Below are positions 1 through 9,604 of a DNA stretch of 64,000 bases, piece after piece; positions within the stretch are counted from its first letter, which is position 1; the number at the start of each line of letters is the position of its first letter. This DNA is from Candidatus Moraniibacteriota bacterium. GTDB taxonomy: Bacteria > Patescibacteriota > Minisyncoccia > Moranbacterales > UBA1568. The stretch spans positions 30,269 to 94,268 of the forward strand of contig JBPOHW010000005.1 in assembly GCA_052035095.1 (NCBI GenBank), written 5' to 3'. Made by a program: the position numbers and the translations under genes. The notes under the pieces are model-generated. The model worked only from the letters and a program-made list of their open reading frames with translations. It was not told where the DNA came from and ran no database searches.

Positions 1-936
1 ACAGCTTGTCGCATTGGTGACAACGCTCCAGCTGAGGATAGAGGAAGCGTCGGAGGTAATGCTTGTTGGATTGGCTGTAAAGGTGAAGGTGGGGGCGGAA
101 GTGCCACCAATGAGCACATCGCCATTTTCCATATTGCCAGTTGCGGGAGTGCCAGAGGCAGAGTCTGTGTATACCTCCATTTCATCCCAATAAACGTGAT
201 TTACAGCATCATGAACACGTGTTCCAGCGACACCTGACCAGTTAGACCCAAGGTAAAGAGGCGCATCCGTTACACCGGAGACATCATATGTTGCCACATC
301 TCTAATGAGAGCATCGTTGATCCAAATGCGATGCAAGTTTGTTGCCCTATTGAAGTACATCTCAAGTTTCGTCCAAGCGGAACGAGAGAGCGATCCCATA
401 TACCACTGATGATTTCCCGGAGTTGGAGTATCATGTATCCAGCCCACCCAAGCAGGATCTGTTCCGGGATTTACTTGTTCCATACCCAAGTATGCCTCAT
501 ATCCAGACAGGCTAAAAAATCGCAATAACTTTGGTCCAGTATTATCTCCACCCGCACCCGTTGACGTCATGTTGGGAGATACCCGAATATACACCCGAAA
601 AAAGAGTTCATTTCCGGAAACAGAAGGGAACGCCATGGTTTCATAACTCGCCGGGTCATTCCATTCAACCGTACCATTCCAATTGCACTGAGCTATTCGG
701 CTCCCCGATTGTGGAGCAGCACCTCCATCCCCCGGCGACGCAACAACCGTGCATCTATTTCGAAGATCAACTTGCCTCCACAAGCTCGTATTCCCACTTT
801 CAAATCCATCATAAAATACCCGAGTCGCCGCCATCACATTGTATGGGATCGCGGTTAGAGAAGCCACGCAAAACAACGCAAAAACCAAAAGAAAAGCAGG
901 GGTGATGAATCTTCTCTGATACAGCTGGTTTTTCAT
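1..936 (-). CDS. Secreted hypothetical protein, N-terminal part only (ORF runs off the window start)
   Basis: Manual minus-strand translation from the ATG at 936: MKNQLYQRRFITPAFLLVFALFCVASLTA... (signal peptide), then a Thr/Ser/Asn-rich domain. Open frame continues to position 1. Not in the ORF track because no stop lies in the window. Confidence 0.5.
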   Translation of the reverse strand, partial: MKNQLYQRRFITPAFLLVFALFCVASLTAIPYNVMAATRVFYDGFESGNTSLWRQVDLRNRCTVVASPGDGGAAPQSGSRIAQCNWNGTVEWNDPASYETMAFPSVSGNELFFRVYIRVSPNMTSTGAGGDNTGPKLLRFFSLSGYEAYLGMEQVNPGTDPAWVGWIHDTPTPGNHQWYMGSLSRSAWTKLEMYFNRATNLHRIWINDALIRDVATYDVSGVTDAPLYLGSNWSGVAGTRVHDAVNHVYWDEMEVYTDSASGTPATGNMENGDVLIGGTSAPTFTFTANPTSITSDASSILSWSVVTNATSC

Positions 937-1001
937 ACGCAAGGTATTATTTTTTTGTTTAAAAAAACTAACGAAACACACTTTCAAAGAAAAATTATAC
1001 C

Positions 1002-2315
1002 TCAATCAGAGACAGCGACAGTGAATGGTTTCCGCTTCCACTCCTCCGACTGACGACAGAGCAGTTCGCGCGCGCGCGACGGTTCCGCCATTACAATTTC
1101 GACCGCCTTTTCAAGTCGCATTCCTTGGGAACCTTTGAGAAGCGCGATATCGCCCTCGCGAAGCGAAGCCGCGAGCTGCGTTCCAAGCGACTCGGGATCC
1201 AAAAACCAGTGCACCTGCTCACTCGGGAAGCCCGATCGCTCCAGAGTTTCCTTCGCCAAAAGCATTGCTTTCCCAAGAAGAAACACCTCCTGAACATCGC
1301 ACCCCTTGAGCCACTCTGCGACCGCTCGGTGCGAAAATTCACTTTCAGCGCCCAGCTCAAGCATATCGCCGAGCGCCGCGAGACGTCGAACCCCGCCGAG
1401 ACTCCCCAGCGTCTTGAGCGCGGCCTCCAAAGATTTCGGCGAAGCGTTATACGTATCGTCAACAATGAGCGAGCGATGCACCCCTTCAAAAAGCCGCATC
1501 CTGCCGGGGAGCGAACGAAAATTCCGAAGCGCCTCCGCCACCTCGAGCGGATTCATCTTGAAATGAATACCGACCGCGGCGGCGGCGAGCGCCGCTCCGA
1601 TATGATGCTCGGCAATCACATTCGGCAGACGGACGGGAATACTCTTTCCCTCATATTCCATCTTGAAACTCGTCCCGATCGGCGCGCCCACCGTATCGCG
1701 AAAAAATGAAATATGCGTCGCCCGCACATCCGCCGCTTCGTCAAAGCCGTACGACAAGACCGTCGCTTTCGTTTTGTCGCGAAATTTCATCACGCGCGGC
1801 TCATCCACGTTCAAGACGGCGAGTCCGTTTTTCGGAAGCCCGGTAATAAGTTTTCCTTTTTCGCGCGAAACCACCGACACCGTTTTGAAAAACTCGAGGT
1901 GACTCGTTGAAATGGCGGTCAAAACTCCGACCGTCGGCGACAGGAACCCGAGGAGATAGTCCATATCCCCCACGCGATCAATGCCGAGCTCTAACACAAG
2001 CATCTCCGGATATCGACTTCGCGGGAGAAGAAGCGTCGCGAGACATCGAAAGGGAGCGCACGCGAGACGAAGCTTCGAGTTTCCGGACGACGATGATCCG
2101 AGAATCGCGAGCGGAACACCGATTTCGTTATTGAAGTTTCCCGGACTCTCCCTCACGCGAAACCGTGCCGAGAGAACCGTCGCAATCGCCTCCTTGGTCG
2201 AACTCTTTCCGACCGACCCGGTAATCCCGATAACGATCGGTCGATGCCGCCGCAAAACAAGTATCGCCATCAGGCGAAGCGCCGACTCTAGAAAACGCAC
2301 AAGAAAAGATTTCAT
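1002..2315 (-). CDS. murF: UDP-N-acetylmuramoyl-tripeptide--D-alanyl-D-alanine ligase (MurF)
   Basis: GITGSVGKSSTKE Mur-ligase P-loop and DDTYNASP motif. Last gene of the mraZ-rsmH-ftsL-ftsI-murF cluster. Confidence 0.85.
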   Translation of the reverse strand: MKSFLVRFLESALRLMAILVLRRHRPIVIGITGSVGKSSTKEAIATVLSARFRVRESPGNFNNEIGVPLAILGSSSSGNSKLRLACAPFRCLATLLLPRSRYPEMLVLELGIDRVGDMDYLLGFLSPTVGVLTAISTSHLEFFKTVSVVSREKGKLITGLPKNGLAVLNVDEPRVMKFRDKTKATVLSYGFDEAADVRATHISFFRDTVGAPIGTSFKMEYEGKSIPVRLPNVIAEHHIGAALAAAAVGIHFKMNPLEVAEALRNFRSLPGRMRLFEGVHRSLIVDDTYNASPKSLEAALKTLGSLGGVRRLAALGDMLELGAESEFSHRAVAEWLKGCDVQEVFLLGKAMLLAKETLERSGFPSEQVHWFLDPESLGTQLAASLREGDIALLKGSQGMRLEKAVEIVMAEPSRARELLCRQSEEWKRKPFTVAVSD

Positions 2316-2364
2316 ACCGAAAAGACAAAAAAGTATTCGCTCGCTACTCTCTACTTGCTACTCT

Positions 2365-4152
2365 CTACTGACGCCTCATTGCCTCCGTCGGCTCGATGCG
2401 GGCGTATTCGAGCAGAAACTTCATCACCTTGCCAAAGGTCGGCGCGGCGCTCGACTCCGCCCAGACGACATCCTTGGGGTTATCAATCTTTACCAAAACG
2501 GCGAACTTGGGATCGGAGAGTGGCGCGTAACCGACAAACGACCCGATATTCATTCCCTCTTCATATCCTTTTTCGCCGCGTTTCGCAACCTGCGCCGTCC
2601 CGGTTTTTCCGACCACCTCATACCCGGGCACATCGGCGCGCTTCCCGTGACCGTTCACGACAACATTCCGGAGCATAGCCCCCATCGCGCGCGCCGTCCC
2701 TTCGCTCACTACCGACCGAATCTCTTCGGGAGCAACTTCTTCGACACGTCCATCGGAAAGAATCATTCGTCGCACAATTCTCGGTTTCATCAGAACGCCG
2801 CCATTCGCGATCGCCGCGTAGGCATTCACCATTTGAAGCGGCGTAGCGGTAATACCCTGCCCGAAGGAAGCGGTATAGAATTCGATGGAGCGCTTCGTGT
2901 TTGCGAGATTTTTGATGTTTCCCGCCGCCTCCGCCGGAAGCGCCACGCCCGTCTTCTCCCCGAAACCGAAGCGTTTCAAGTACTCTCGAAACCGCTCATT
3001 CCCAACCTGCCGCTCGACGAATATGACGCCGGTATTGATGGATTCCTCCAAAACTCGCGTCATACTTGATCGACCATACACCTTCTCCTCGGCGTTCTTG
3101 ATAACATAGCCCCCTTCCTTCACCATTCCCGTATCGACATACTCGGTCGCCGCATTCACTTTCCCATCTTCGATACCAATCGCCATCGTCACCGGCTTCA
3201 TAATGGATCCGGGTTCATACGAAAGACTCACCGCCGGATTCAAGAACGATTCGGGATTCTCCACTTTCGAATACTCGTTCGGATTGAAATTGGGAAAAGA
3301 CGCGAGCGCGAGAATACTTCCCGTTTTCGGCTCCAGCACGAGAATCGTCCCGCCATCCGCGTGAAATCCCTCCACCGCTTCCTTCAAAATCTTCTCCACC
3401 TCATACTGAATCACCCGCTCAAGGGTGAGGACGATATTCGCCCCATGTTCGGGCGGAGCGAAAATTTTTCCCGAAAGCGGAATCCACCGTCCGCTCGCGT
3501 CGCGTTCATTGGAGAGGGATCCATGCTCTCCTTTGAGCGAAGTCTCAAACGACGCTTCAACTCCGTAGCGTCCGGCAAACGCATCTTCCTTCATCCCGAC
3601 GAATCCGACCGTCTGCGCGGCAAGATGCTCGCCCGGATAATACCGATACGTCTCCGGCAACAGAGAAACACCCTCCAAATTAAGCTCGCGCATACGCGAA
3701 ACTTCTTCATCCGAAAGTCGCCGCTTCAAAATTTCAAACGGATCGTTTTCCTTGGAAAGTTTCTCGAGAATAAATGACGAATCAAGCGAGAGCGCCGACT
3801 CGAGGTGGCGAACCGTTTGCGCGCGATCGCGAATATCCGCCGGCACGGCATAGGCGAGGAAGTACTCGCGATTCACCGCGACGGGATACAGGTCATTCGC
3901 GTCGCTCAGAAAAATTTCTCCGCGGTCCGAAGGAAGCTCTCTCGAAACATTCTGCTGCTCTTCCGCGAGCGCGAGAGAAATATCGCGTCGCACGACTTGA
4001 AGCACAAAAAGTCTCGCGACGAGCGCGAGAGAAAGACAAAAAATAAAAAGCACGAGAGCGGAAATCCTCCAGTGCTTCCGAGGAGAAGCTGCCTTCGCGC
4101 GTTTTTGAGCAGTTTTCCGCATGAACATTACGGCATAAGTTCCAATATCCAA
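2365..4152 (-). CDS. ftsI: Peptidoglycan D,D-transpeptidase FtsI (class B PBP, division-type)
   Basis: N-terminal TM anchor, dimerisation domain, and SIMKP (SxxK) and KTGTAQ transpeptidase motifs. Sits in dcw cluster context after ftsL. Confidence 0.85.
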   Translation of the reverse strand: MDIGTYAVMFMRKTAQKRAKAASPRKHWRISALVLFIFCLSLALVARLFVLQVVRRDISLALAEEQQNVSRELPSDRGEIFLSDANDLYPVAVNREYFLAYAVPADIRDRAQTVRHLESALSLDSSFILEKLSKENDPFEILKRRLSDEEVSRMRELNLEGVSLLPETYRYYPGEHLAAQTVGFVGMKEDAFAGRYGVEASFETSLKGEHGSLSNERDASGRWIPLSGKIFAPPEHGANIVLTLERVIQYEVEKILKEAVEGFHADGGTILVLEPKTGSILALASFPNFNPNEYSKVENPESFLNPAVSLSYEPGSIMKPVTMAIGIEDGKVNAATEYVDTGMVKEGGYVIKNAEEKVYGRSSMTRVLEESINTGVIFVERQVGNERFREYLKRFGFGEKTGVALPAEAAGNIKNLANTKRSIEFYTASFGQGITATPLQMVNAYAAIANGGVLMKPRIVRRMILSDGRVEEVAPEEIRSVVSEGTARAMGAMLRNVVVNGHGKRADVPGYEVVGKTGTAQVAKRGEKGYEEGMNIGSFVGYAPLSDPKFAVLVKIDNPKDVVWAESSAAPTFGKVMKFLLEYARIEPTEAMRRQ

Positions 4153-4250
4153 ACTCCAATTTCCAAATAAATTTCAATATTCAAAATAGTAGAAACATTC
4201 TCGCTTGATATTTGTGATTTGAAATTTATTTGGAACTTGTGATTTTGAAT

Positions 4251-4604
4251 TTATTTCCCGTAGGCAACCGTACCCGGCTCTTCAAGGGAAATCGCTCCCT
4301 CAATCGGCTTCATATCAAGGCAACTACTCGCTTCTTCCAGACCATAGAGCGATCGGAGCTCCGCCTCTCGTATGCGGAGCCGTTGCGATTCATTCGAAAG
4401 CTCGATCATCCGTTTCTCGACGGCGCGCATAGAATACCCCGCGACCGCGTTCCGGTTCACCGAGAAGAGATACCCGACCACCGCAACAAAAAGACTGAGG
4501 CAGGCAAGTATCTTTGCAATTCGCAGTCGCCCCCCCGACCCTAATGTCTCCGCCTCGTCACGATGAGGCGCGCACCCTCGCATTGTCATATGTTTCCGGT
4601 ACAT
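4251..4604 (-). CDS. ftsL: FtsL-like cell division protein (small bitopic coiled-coil protein)
   Basis: 117 aa with a single TM helix (ILACLSLFVAVVGYLF) followed by a coiled coil. Located between rsmH and ftsI, the canonical ftsL position. Confidence 0.6.
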   Translation of the reverse strand: MYRKHMTMRGCAPHRDEAETLGSGGRLRIAKILACLSLFVAVVGYLFSVNRNAVAGYSMRAVEKRMIELSNESQRLRIREAELRSLYGLEEASSCLDMKPIEGAISLEEPGTVAYGK

Positions 4605-4731
4605 CGCGTTGTTGTTTTTATTTTAGACTTCGCGGCGGTCAGCTCTCAGCAATCAGCCTCCAGCAATTGACCTTATTCATTACTCCCCGCCCGCACCCCG
4701 ATTCATCGGGGAGCGATGCGGGCAGGCCTGT

Positions 4732-5703
4732 TCATTGCCCCTTTTTCCCTGATATCCTCTCCGCTATTCGAAGCTTGGCGCTTCGCGCTCGCGGATTTTC
4801 CCGTGTTTCTCTATCGCTCGGGACAATCGCTCGCTTCGTAATAATATTGAGCCGCACCTTCCTTCCGCACCGGCAGACCGGAAATTCACGTGGACAGACG
4901 CATCCCCTGGCGTCTTCCGCAAATATCCGCTTCACCGTTCTCTCCTCGCCGGAGTGGAACGAAAGTACCGCTATTCTCCCGTCTTCCTTCAAAAGCCCGA
5001 TCGCGTCATACAAAAATTTTTCCAGTGATGCTCGCTCATGATTAACCGCAATGCGAAGCGCCTGAAATATCTTGGTTGCCGGATGAATCGAGGCGCGCCG
5101 ATCGCGCGAAACGCTTTTCACAAAATCCGCAAATTCGGTCGTTGTCTCAAATGTTCGCTCCTTCCTCCGCGTTCCAATCGCCCTCGCCATTCTTCCGGCA
5201 TCGCGCACATCCCCGTATTCTCGAAATATCTCGGCAAGCGCCCCCTCGCTCCAGGTATTGACTATCTTCCCCGCCGTCTCGCCATCACTTTGATCAAGTC
5301 GCATATCGAGCGGCCCTTCGCGAAGGAATGAAAACCCGCGCGCCGGATCGTCGAGCTGATCGGATGAGAATCCCAGATCGGCAACAATACCGGAAACGGA
5401 TGAGATACCCCGATCTCGAAGCGCTTCCCCGATATCCGAAAACTGCCGGTGGATGAGCGCAACGCTCCCATCACGAAGTCCGTTCAGAGAATCTCTCTCA
5501 TGCTCGAGGCGATCCCGGAAGCGAACGATCGCCGTCTCATCCGCGTCAAACGCAAAGAGTCGACCGTCCGGCAAAATCCGCTTCAATATGCCGAGCGCGT
5601 GTCCGCCTCCCCCCAGAGTGGCGTCCACTATCGTATCTCCTTTGTTAAGGTTCAACCCCTCAATCACCTCGGACAGCATCACCGGAATATGGATCGTAGA
5701 CAT
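4732..5703 (-). CDS. rsmH: 16S rRNA (cytosine1402-N4)-methyltransferase RsmH (MraW)
   Basis: MSTIHIPVMLSEVIEGL...DATLGGGGHA SAM-binding signature typical of RsmH. Immediately downstream of mraZ. Confidence 0.9.
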   Translation of the reverse strand: MSTIHIPVMLSEVIEGLNLNKGDTIVDATLGGGGHALGILKRILPDGRLFAFDADETAIVRFRDRLEHERDSLNGLRDGSVALIHRQFSDIGEALRDRGISSVSGIVADLGFSSDQLDDPARGFSFLREGPLDMRLDQSDGETAGKIVNTWSEGALAEIFREYGDVRDAGRMARAIGTRRKERTFETTTEFADFVKSVSRDRRASIHPATKIFQALRIAVNHERASLEKFLYDAIGLLKEDGRIAVLSFHSGEERTVKRIFAEDARGCVCPREFPVCRCGRKVRLNIITKRAIVPSDRETRENPRARSAKLRIAERISGKKGQ

Positions 5704-5815
5704 AACAGAGTACGGAAAGCTAATTTCAAATAATAAATTTCAAGTTTTAAAATAATTTTTGAATTTCAAAAATTTAGAATCATTTTGCATTTTTCATTTT
5801 ACATTTTGCATTTCC

Positions 5816-6250
5816 CTAGTACGCTCCCATCTTCCCCAATTCTTCCGCGATTCGTTCGGAGTTTCCTTCGGCATCCTGCTTGTAGTGTTTCCACTTCGTC
5901 TCATCCCACACCTCAAGCCGATTCCAGAGTCCGGCGACAATCACATCCTTCGACAATCCGGCATAATCCTTGAGGGCATCCGGTATGAGGATTCGTCCCT
6001 GACTGTCCACCTCGGTATCGAAGGCTCCCGCAAGCATCAGCCGCACAAAGCTCCGCGTCCCCCCCTCGCCGATCGGCATCGAACCGAGCTTCTCCGCGAG
6101 CGCCTCCCATGTTTTCATCGGATAGACAAAGAGGCACTGATCGAGCCCGCGCGTCACCACCACCCGACTCCCCAATTCGCCGCGTACCTTTGATGGAAGC
6201 GAGAGTCGTTTTTTCGTATCGATACTGTGGGTATACTCGCCGATGAACAT
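5816..6250 (-). CDS. mraZ: Transcriptional regulator MraZ
   Basis: MFIGEYTHSIDTKKRLSLPSKVR... tandem MraZ/SpoVT-AbrB-like halves. The ORF-track ORF (to 6406) has an unsupported N-terminal extension; the start is placed at the internal MFIGEY Met (ATG at 6248-6250). Confidence 0.85.
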   Translation of the reverse strand: MFIGEYTHSIDTKKRLSLPSKVRGELGSRVVVTRGLDQCLFVYPMKTWEALAEKLGSMPIGEGGTRSFVRLMLAGAFDTEVDSQGRILIPDALKDYAGLSKDVIVAGLWNRLEVWDETKWKHYKQDAEGNSERIAEELGKMGAY

Positions 6251-6270
6251 ACCATTTTTCTCAAAGACCT

Positions 6271-6300
6271 CCACTCTGCCCCACTCTCTTCCACTCTGTC
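6271..6300 (-). promoter_or_regulatory. Putative MraZ operator: three direct GTGG(A/G) repeats at 10-bp spacing, 20-50 bp upstream of the mraZ start
   Basis: Minus-strand read: AGAGTGGAAG AGAGTGGGGC AGAGTGGAGG. Matches the known MraZ box architecture (direct GTGGG-type repeats with 10-bp periodicity). Confidence 0.55.
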
Positions 6301-6487
6301 CCCATTTTATTCCACTTGCTTCCCTTGTGTCAAATATCGCGAAACAAAAAAGAAAAGCCCTCCATATCGGCTCTCTTTTAGCGGAAGAATCTTGACATTT
6401 CAGCAAAAATACGTTATACAGAAATGATTCTCGCCGACAGCATCAGCGAGAAGAAGCTGTCCTTGAACAATTCAAAGGAGCGCTGAA

Positions 6488-6748
6488 GTGACCACCAGTA
6501 CCTTGACGCTTGCTGCATTAATTCCAAGCCTCATACTCAATGTAGGGCTTCTGTATCTTTATTTCCGCTCTCAGAGAGATATGAAAAAACTCAGGGAGAG
6601 CTATCACCGAGCCATATTTGAACTCGAGAAAATGAGGTCCGATGTTCGCAGAGAATTACAGAACATTCTCGAAAACCTCCAGAAACATCGGGAAGGTGTC
6701 GAAACCCTTCTCAAAACCCTGCAATCCGAAGATGAGGTGAAAAAATGA
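6488..6748 (+). CDS. Small membrane-anchored coiled-coil protein (hypothetical)
   Basis: N-terminal TM helix, then a heptad-rich charged segment. Its stop overlaps the start of the GGDEF gene (6745), so it is likely co-transcribed. Confidence 0.4.
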   Translation: MTTSTLTLAALIPSLILNVGLLYLYFRSQRDMKKLRESYHRAIFELEKMRSDVRRELQNILENLQKHREGVETLLKTLQSEDEVKK

Positions 6749-7437
6749 TTGATCTACAACCAGGCGCTCTTAGGGAAAATCTGACACGCCAGATAAACCA
6801 ACTCAAAGAGGAGAACGAGAGGCTCAAAGAAAAAGTTCAGGAGCTCGAGCTCCTCGTCACGGAAGATCCGCTCACAGGTGTGCTCAATAGGAGGGGGCTC
6901 AATGACGCATGGGGACGCGTTGAATCGTTCCTCAGCAGAAATAAAGAAGCCCTCTGTACCCTCCTCTTTTTTGATGTCGATCATTTCAAGAGGATAAACG
7001 ACGAGCTTGGCCATGAAATGGGAGATATAGCACTCACCTTCTTGGCGCGAGCACTCGTCACCTCAGTACGACCGGGAGATATCGTAGCGCGACTCGGCGG
7101 CGATGAATTCACGGTCATTCTGGTTGGGAGCTCAATAAAACAGGCTTTCGGTCGCCTATTCCAGATAGAGGAACACTTCTCAATGTGGCTCCGGAACGCC
7201 CTAATGTCGAAGCATGGAAATATCCCGCCGGAAATACGCATCAGTACCTCGTGCGGCATCAGAGAGTTCTCCAATGGAGAATTCGAGAAATGGTGGAGAG
7301 GCGATAAAACTGAATCAACTCTCCTAGAGAGGATACTCTCTGAGGCGGATACATGTCTCCGCCAAGCGAAACAAGCAGGAAAGGGACAGATCTGCTGGAA
7401 AGAGGAGCGGGAATTCAAGTATCGCGTATATCTCTAA
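6745..7437 (+). CDS. Diguanylate cyclase (GGDEF domain protein)
   Basis: N-terminal coiled coil, then LTGVLNRRGL...FFDVDHFKRINDELGH...RLGGDEF: a complete GGDEF domain with an intact GGDEF motif. Confidence 0.8.
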   Translation: MIDLQPGALRENLTRQINQLKEENERLKEKVQELELLVTEDPLTGVLNRRGLNDAWGRVESFLSRNKEALCTLLFFDVDHFKRINDELGHEMGDIALTFLARALVTSVRPGDIVARLGGDEFTVILVGSSIKQAFGRLFQIEEHFSMWLRNALMSKHGNIPPEIRISTSCGIREFSNGEFEKWWRGDKTESTLLERILSEADTCLRQAKQAGKGQICWKEEREFKYRVYL

Positions 7438-7443
7438 AACCAA

Positions 7444-7475
7444 ACGGGACGACACCAGTCGTCCCGTTTTCATTT
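7444..7475. terminator. Bidirectional rho-independent terminator between convergent GGDEF and pepA genes
   Basis: ACGGGACGAC-ACCA-GTCGTCCCGT perfect 10-bp stem followed by TTTTCATTT. The complement strand is also followed by a T-rich run. Confidence 0.6.
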
Positions 7476-7555
7476 CCTTTCTTCTCTGTTCATTGTTTCC
7501 TGCTCACTCTTCACTACTCTCTACTCATTACTCATTCCTCATTCTTCGCTCCTCC

Positions 7556-8965
7556 CTACAATTCCTCCGCAATCTTGAGGAGGAGTCGCACCGGCGCGCC
7601 GGCGGCGCCCTTCCCGAGGTACTCGCCTTCGACAGCGGTCATCCGCGGCGCCATATCGATATGCGCCCACATATAGTCGGTCGCGAATTGCGCGAGAAAC
7701 GCCGCCGCCGTGATGGCGCCGCCCCACCTGGTCCGTCCGATATTTGCCACGTCGCCAAACGTCCCCTTCACTTCCTCGTCATATTCTTCCCACAAAGGGA
7801 GCGGCCACACATAGTCACCAGACATTTCTCCAAGCTCGCGCAGTTTGGTTTCGAGCGCCTGGTCGCGCGTAAAAATCGCCGAGGCGCGCTCGCCAAGCGC
7901 CACGAGCGAGGCACCCGTCAGGGTCGCCACATCAATGACGAGCCTCGGCGCGTAGCGCTTGGCATAGTGGAGGGCGTCCGCGAGAATAATCCGCCCCTCG
8001 GCATCGGTATTCAAGACTTCGATCGTCTTCCCGCTCATCGAGCGGAGGACATCTCCCGGTCGATAGCTCGACCCGGACGGCATATTCTCGACCGCGGGCA
8101 CGAGCGCCACGAGATTTTTTTTCACCCCGAGGCGCGCCACGAGAGAGAGCGTATGAATCACCGCGGCGCCCCCGGACATATCCATATTCATTCCGAGTAT
8201 CGCGTCCGACGGTTTCAAGTTGATGCCGCCCGTATCAAACGTGACCCCCTTCCCGACAAACACCATCGGCGCTTCATTTTTCTTACCTCCTTGATATTCC
8301 ATGATGATAAACTTCGGCGGAATCTCCGATCCCTTCCCGACTCCCAAGATGCCTCCCATCTTGAGCTTTTTCATATCGGCTTCCTCGAGAATTTTCACGC
8401 GAATATGCTTTCCCTTCGCGACACGACGCGCCTCATCCGCGAGCGTTTGCGGCGTCACGTCACCTCCGGGCAGATTCGCGAGCCGCCGGCAGGCATTCAC
8501 TTCTTCACCGATGATTCGCCCGCGCTCCACGCCGTCTCGAAACGATTTCGACGCCCCGAGAATCGCGACATTCTCAACAAATGCAAATCCCTCCGGCGGT
8601 TTTGTCAAAAATTCCGTAAACTGAAAATTCGCCATCTCGAAATTGGTCGCGAGAATTTCGCCGAGGTTTCGATCGGATATGTCGAGATCCGAAAAATGGA
8701 AATCCGCCACATTAACAACGACGTTCTTCGCCCGCTTCGTCTTCGCGCGCGCGATCGCGCGCCGCGCAAGCAGGATGAGCTTCCTCCGCGTCATTTTTTC
8801 GGACTCCGAAACCCCGAGAAGTATTTCCACTCCGCCCGCATCATTCCTCACTACCTCATCTTCTTTCGCCCTCGCAATTCGTATCCGAACGCCTCCCGCA
8901 TTCTTCGTTTCCTCTTTCGGAAATACATATTTCATAGACTTCACACTAAAGAATATGGACTGCAA
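7556..8965 (-). CDS. pepA: Leucyl aminopeptidase (M17 family, PepA)
   Basis: NTDAEGRIILADAL M17 signature, plus VGKGVTFDTGG and surrounding catalytic-domain conservation. Confidence 0.85.
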   Translation of the reverse strand: MQSIFFSVKSMKYVFPKEETKNAGGVRIRIARAKEDEVVRNDAGGVEILLGVSESEKMTRRKLILLARRAIARAKTKRAKNVVVNVADFHFSDLDISDRNLGEILATNFEMANFQFTEFLTKPPEGFAFVENVAILGASKSFRDGVERGRIIGEEVNACRRLANLPGGDVTPQTLADEARRVAKGKHIRVKILEEADMKKLKMGGILGVGKGSEIPPKFIIMEYQGGKKNEAPMVFVGKGVTFDTGGINLKPSDAILGMNMDMSGGAAVIHTLSLVARLGVKKNLVALVPAVENMPSGSSYRPGDVLRSMSGKTIEVLNTDAEGRIILADALHYAKRYAPRLVIDVATLTGASLVALGERASAIFTRDQALETKLRELGEMSGDYVWPLPLWEEYDEEVKGTFGDVANIGRTRWGGAITAAAFLAQFATDYMWAHIDMAPRMTAVEGEYLGKGAAGAPVRLLLKIAEEL

Positions 8966-9040
8966 ATGTAAACGGTATCAGAAAAAAGGTATTTTTAAAA
9001 GCCCTGGGATTTCCAAGGCTTCTTATGCATTTGTGACCTG

Positions 9041-9361
9041 TTAGGTCGATTTTTCTTTTGAGGAACCTAAGTAGAGACAAATATACTCAGCTATTTTTCG
9101 GCATACAGCATCAAGGAGTGTAAAGCCAAGCTCTTGTAGAGCCACTCGGACTTCCTCAAGGCTCCCTACTGCAACGACACTTTCGGAAACTACTTCATAG
9201 TTTCCATACCCCCCATCTTCCAATCGAACTATTTCAATACTCGCATTGTCATCGGGTTTCAAAAGTCTCCCGACCCCAATATACGAAGTATTCGAAGGAT
9301 TGAGACCTCCTCCGACATCCACCACCTCTCCATCCTCAGACAAAAGAGTAAGACCGCACAT
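9041..9361 (-). CDS. Hypothetical small protein in a low-GC pocket
   Basis: 106-aa ORF in an AT-rich 600-bp stretch between pepA and csoR. No recognisable motif. Confidence 0.25.
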   Translation of the reverse strand: MCGLTLLSEDGEVVDVGGGLNPSNTSYIGVGRLLKPDDNASIEIVRLEDGGYGNYEVVSESVVAVGSLEEVRVALQELGFTLLDAVCRKIAEYICLYLGSSKEKST

Positions 9362-9558
9362 AAAATCTCTATTTCCCCATGTCGAATTGTTAAGGTTCTT
9401 CCCTTTCCGTTTTCTCCTCGACCAACATATTGACGCAAAAACGAACTCGTGTCAATACGACCCGTCAAAAATACCGATGGGATCCACATCGCTTCAAAAT
9501 GTTTGCGGTTATAGGAGCAAAACCTTGACAAGCATTCCTCGCGTGATAGTATAACCAC

Positions 9559-9576
9559 ATACCTCCCCCAGAGGTA
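9559..9576 (+). promoter_or_regulatory. Putative CsoR/RcnR-type operator (TACC-TCCCCCAG-AGGTA, a G/C-tract palindrome) about 30 bp upstream of csoR
   Basis: ATACCTCCCCCAGAGGTA is an inverted repeat of TACCTC/GAGGTA flanking a C5 tract. It resembles the TAC-N-G/C-tract-N-GTA operators described for CsoR/RcnR. A TAGTATAAC -10-like hexamer lies just upstream. Confidence 0.5.
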
Positions 9577-9604
9577 CAAGGATACCGTTCATCACGAAAC
9601 AGCT

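Noticed and set aside
7493-8971. 492-aa plus-strand ORF
   Set aside because: It overlaps the well-supported minus-strand leucyl aminopeptidase gene along its whole length, has Arg/His-rich low-complexity composition and no motifs. The same reasoning removes 1981..3069, 11854..12936, 13918..14649, 16132..17076, 17688..18815, 24673..25863, 26058..26948, 27555..28646, 34663..36051, 47470..48552 and 56855..57802 (all plus strand) and 52265..52768 (minus).
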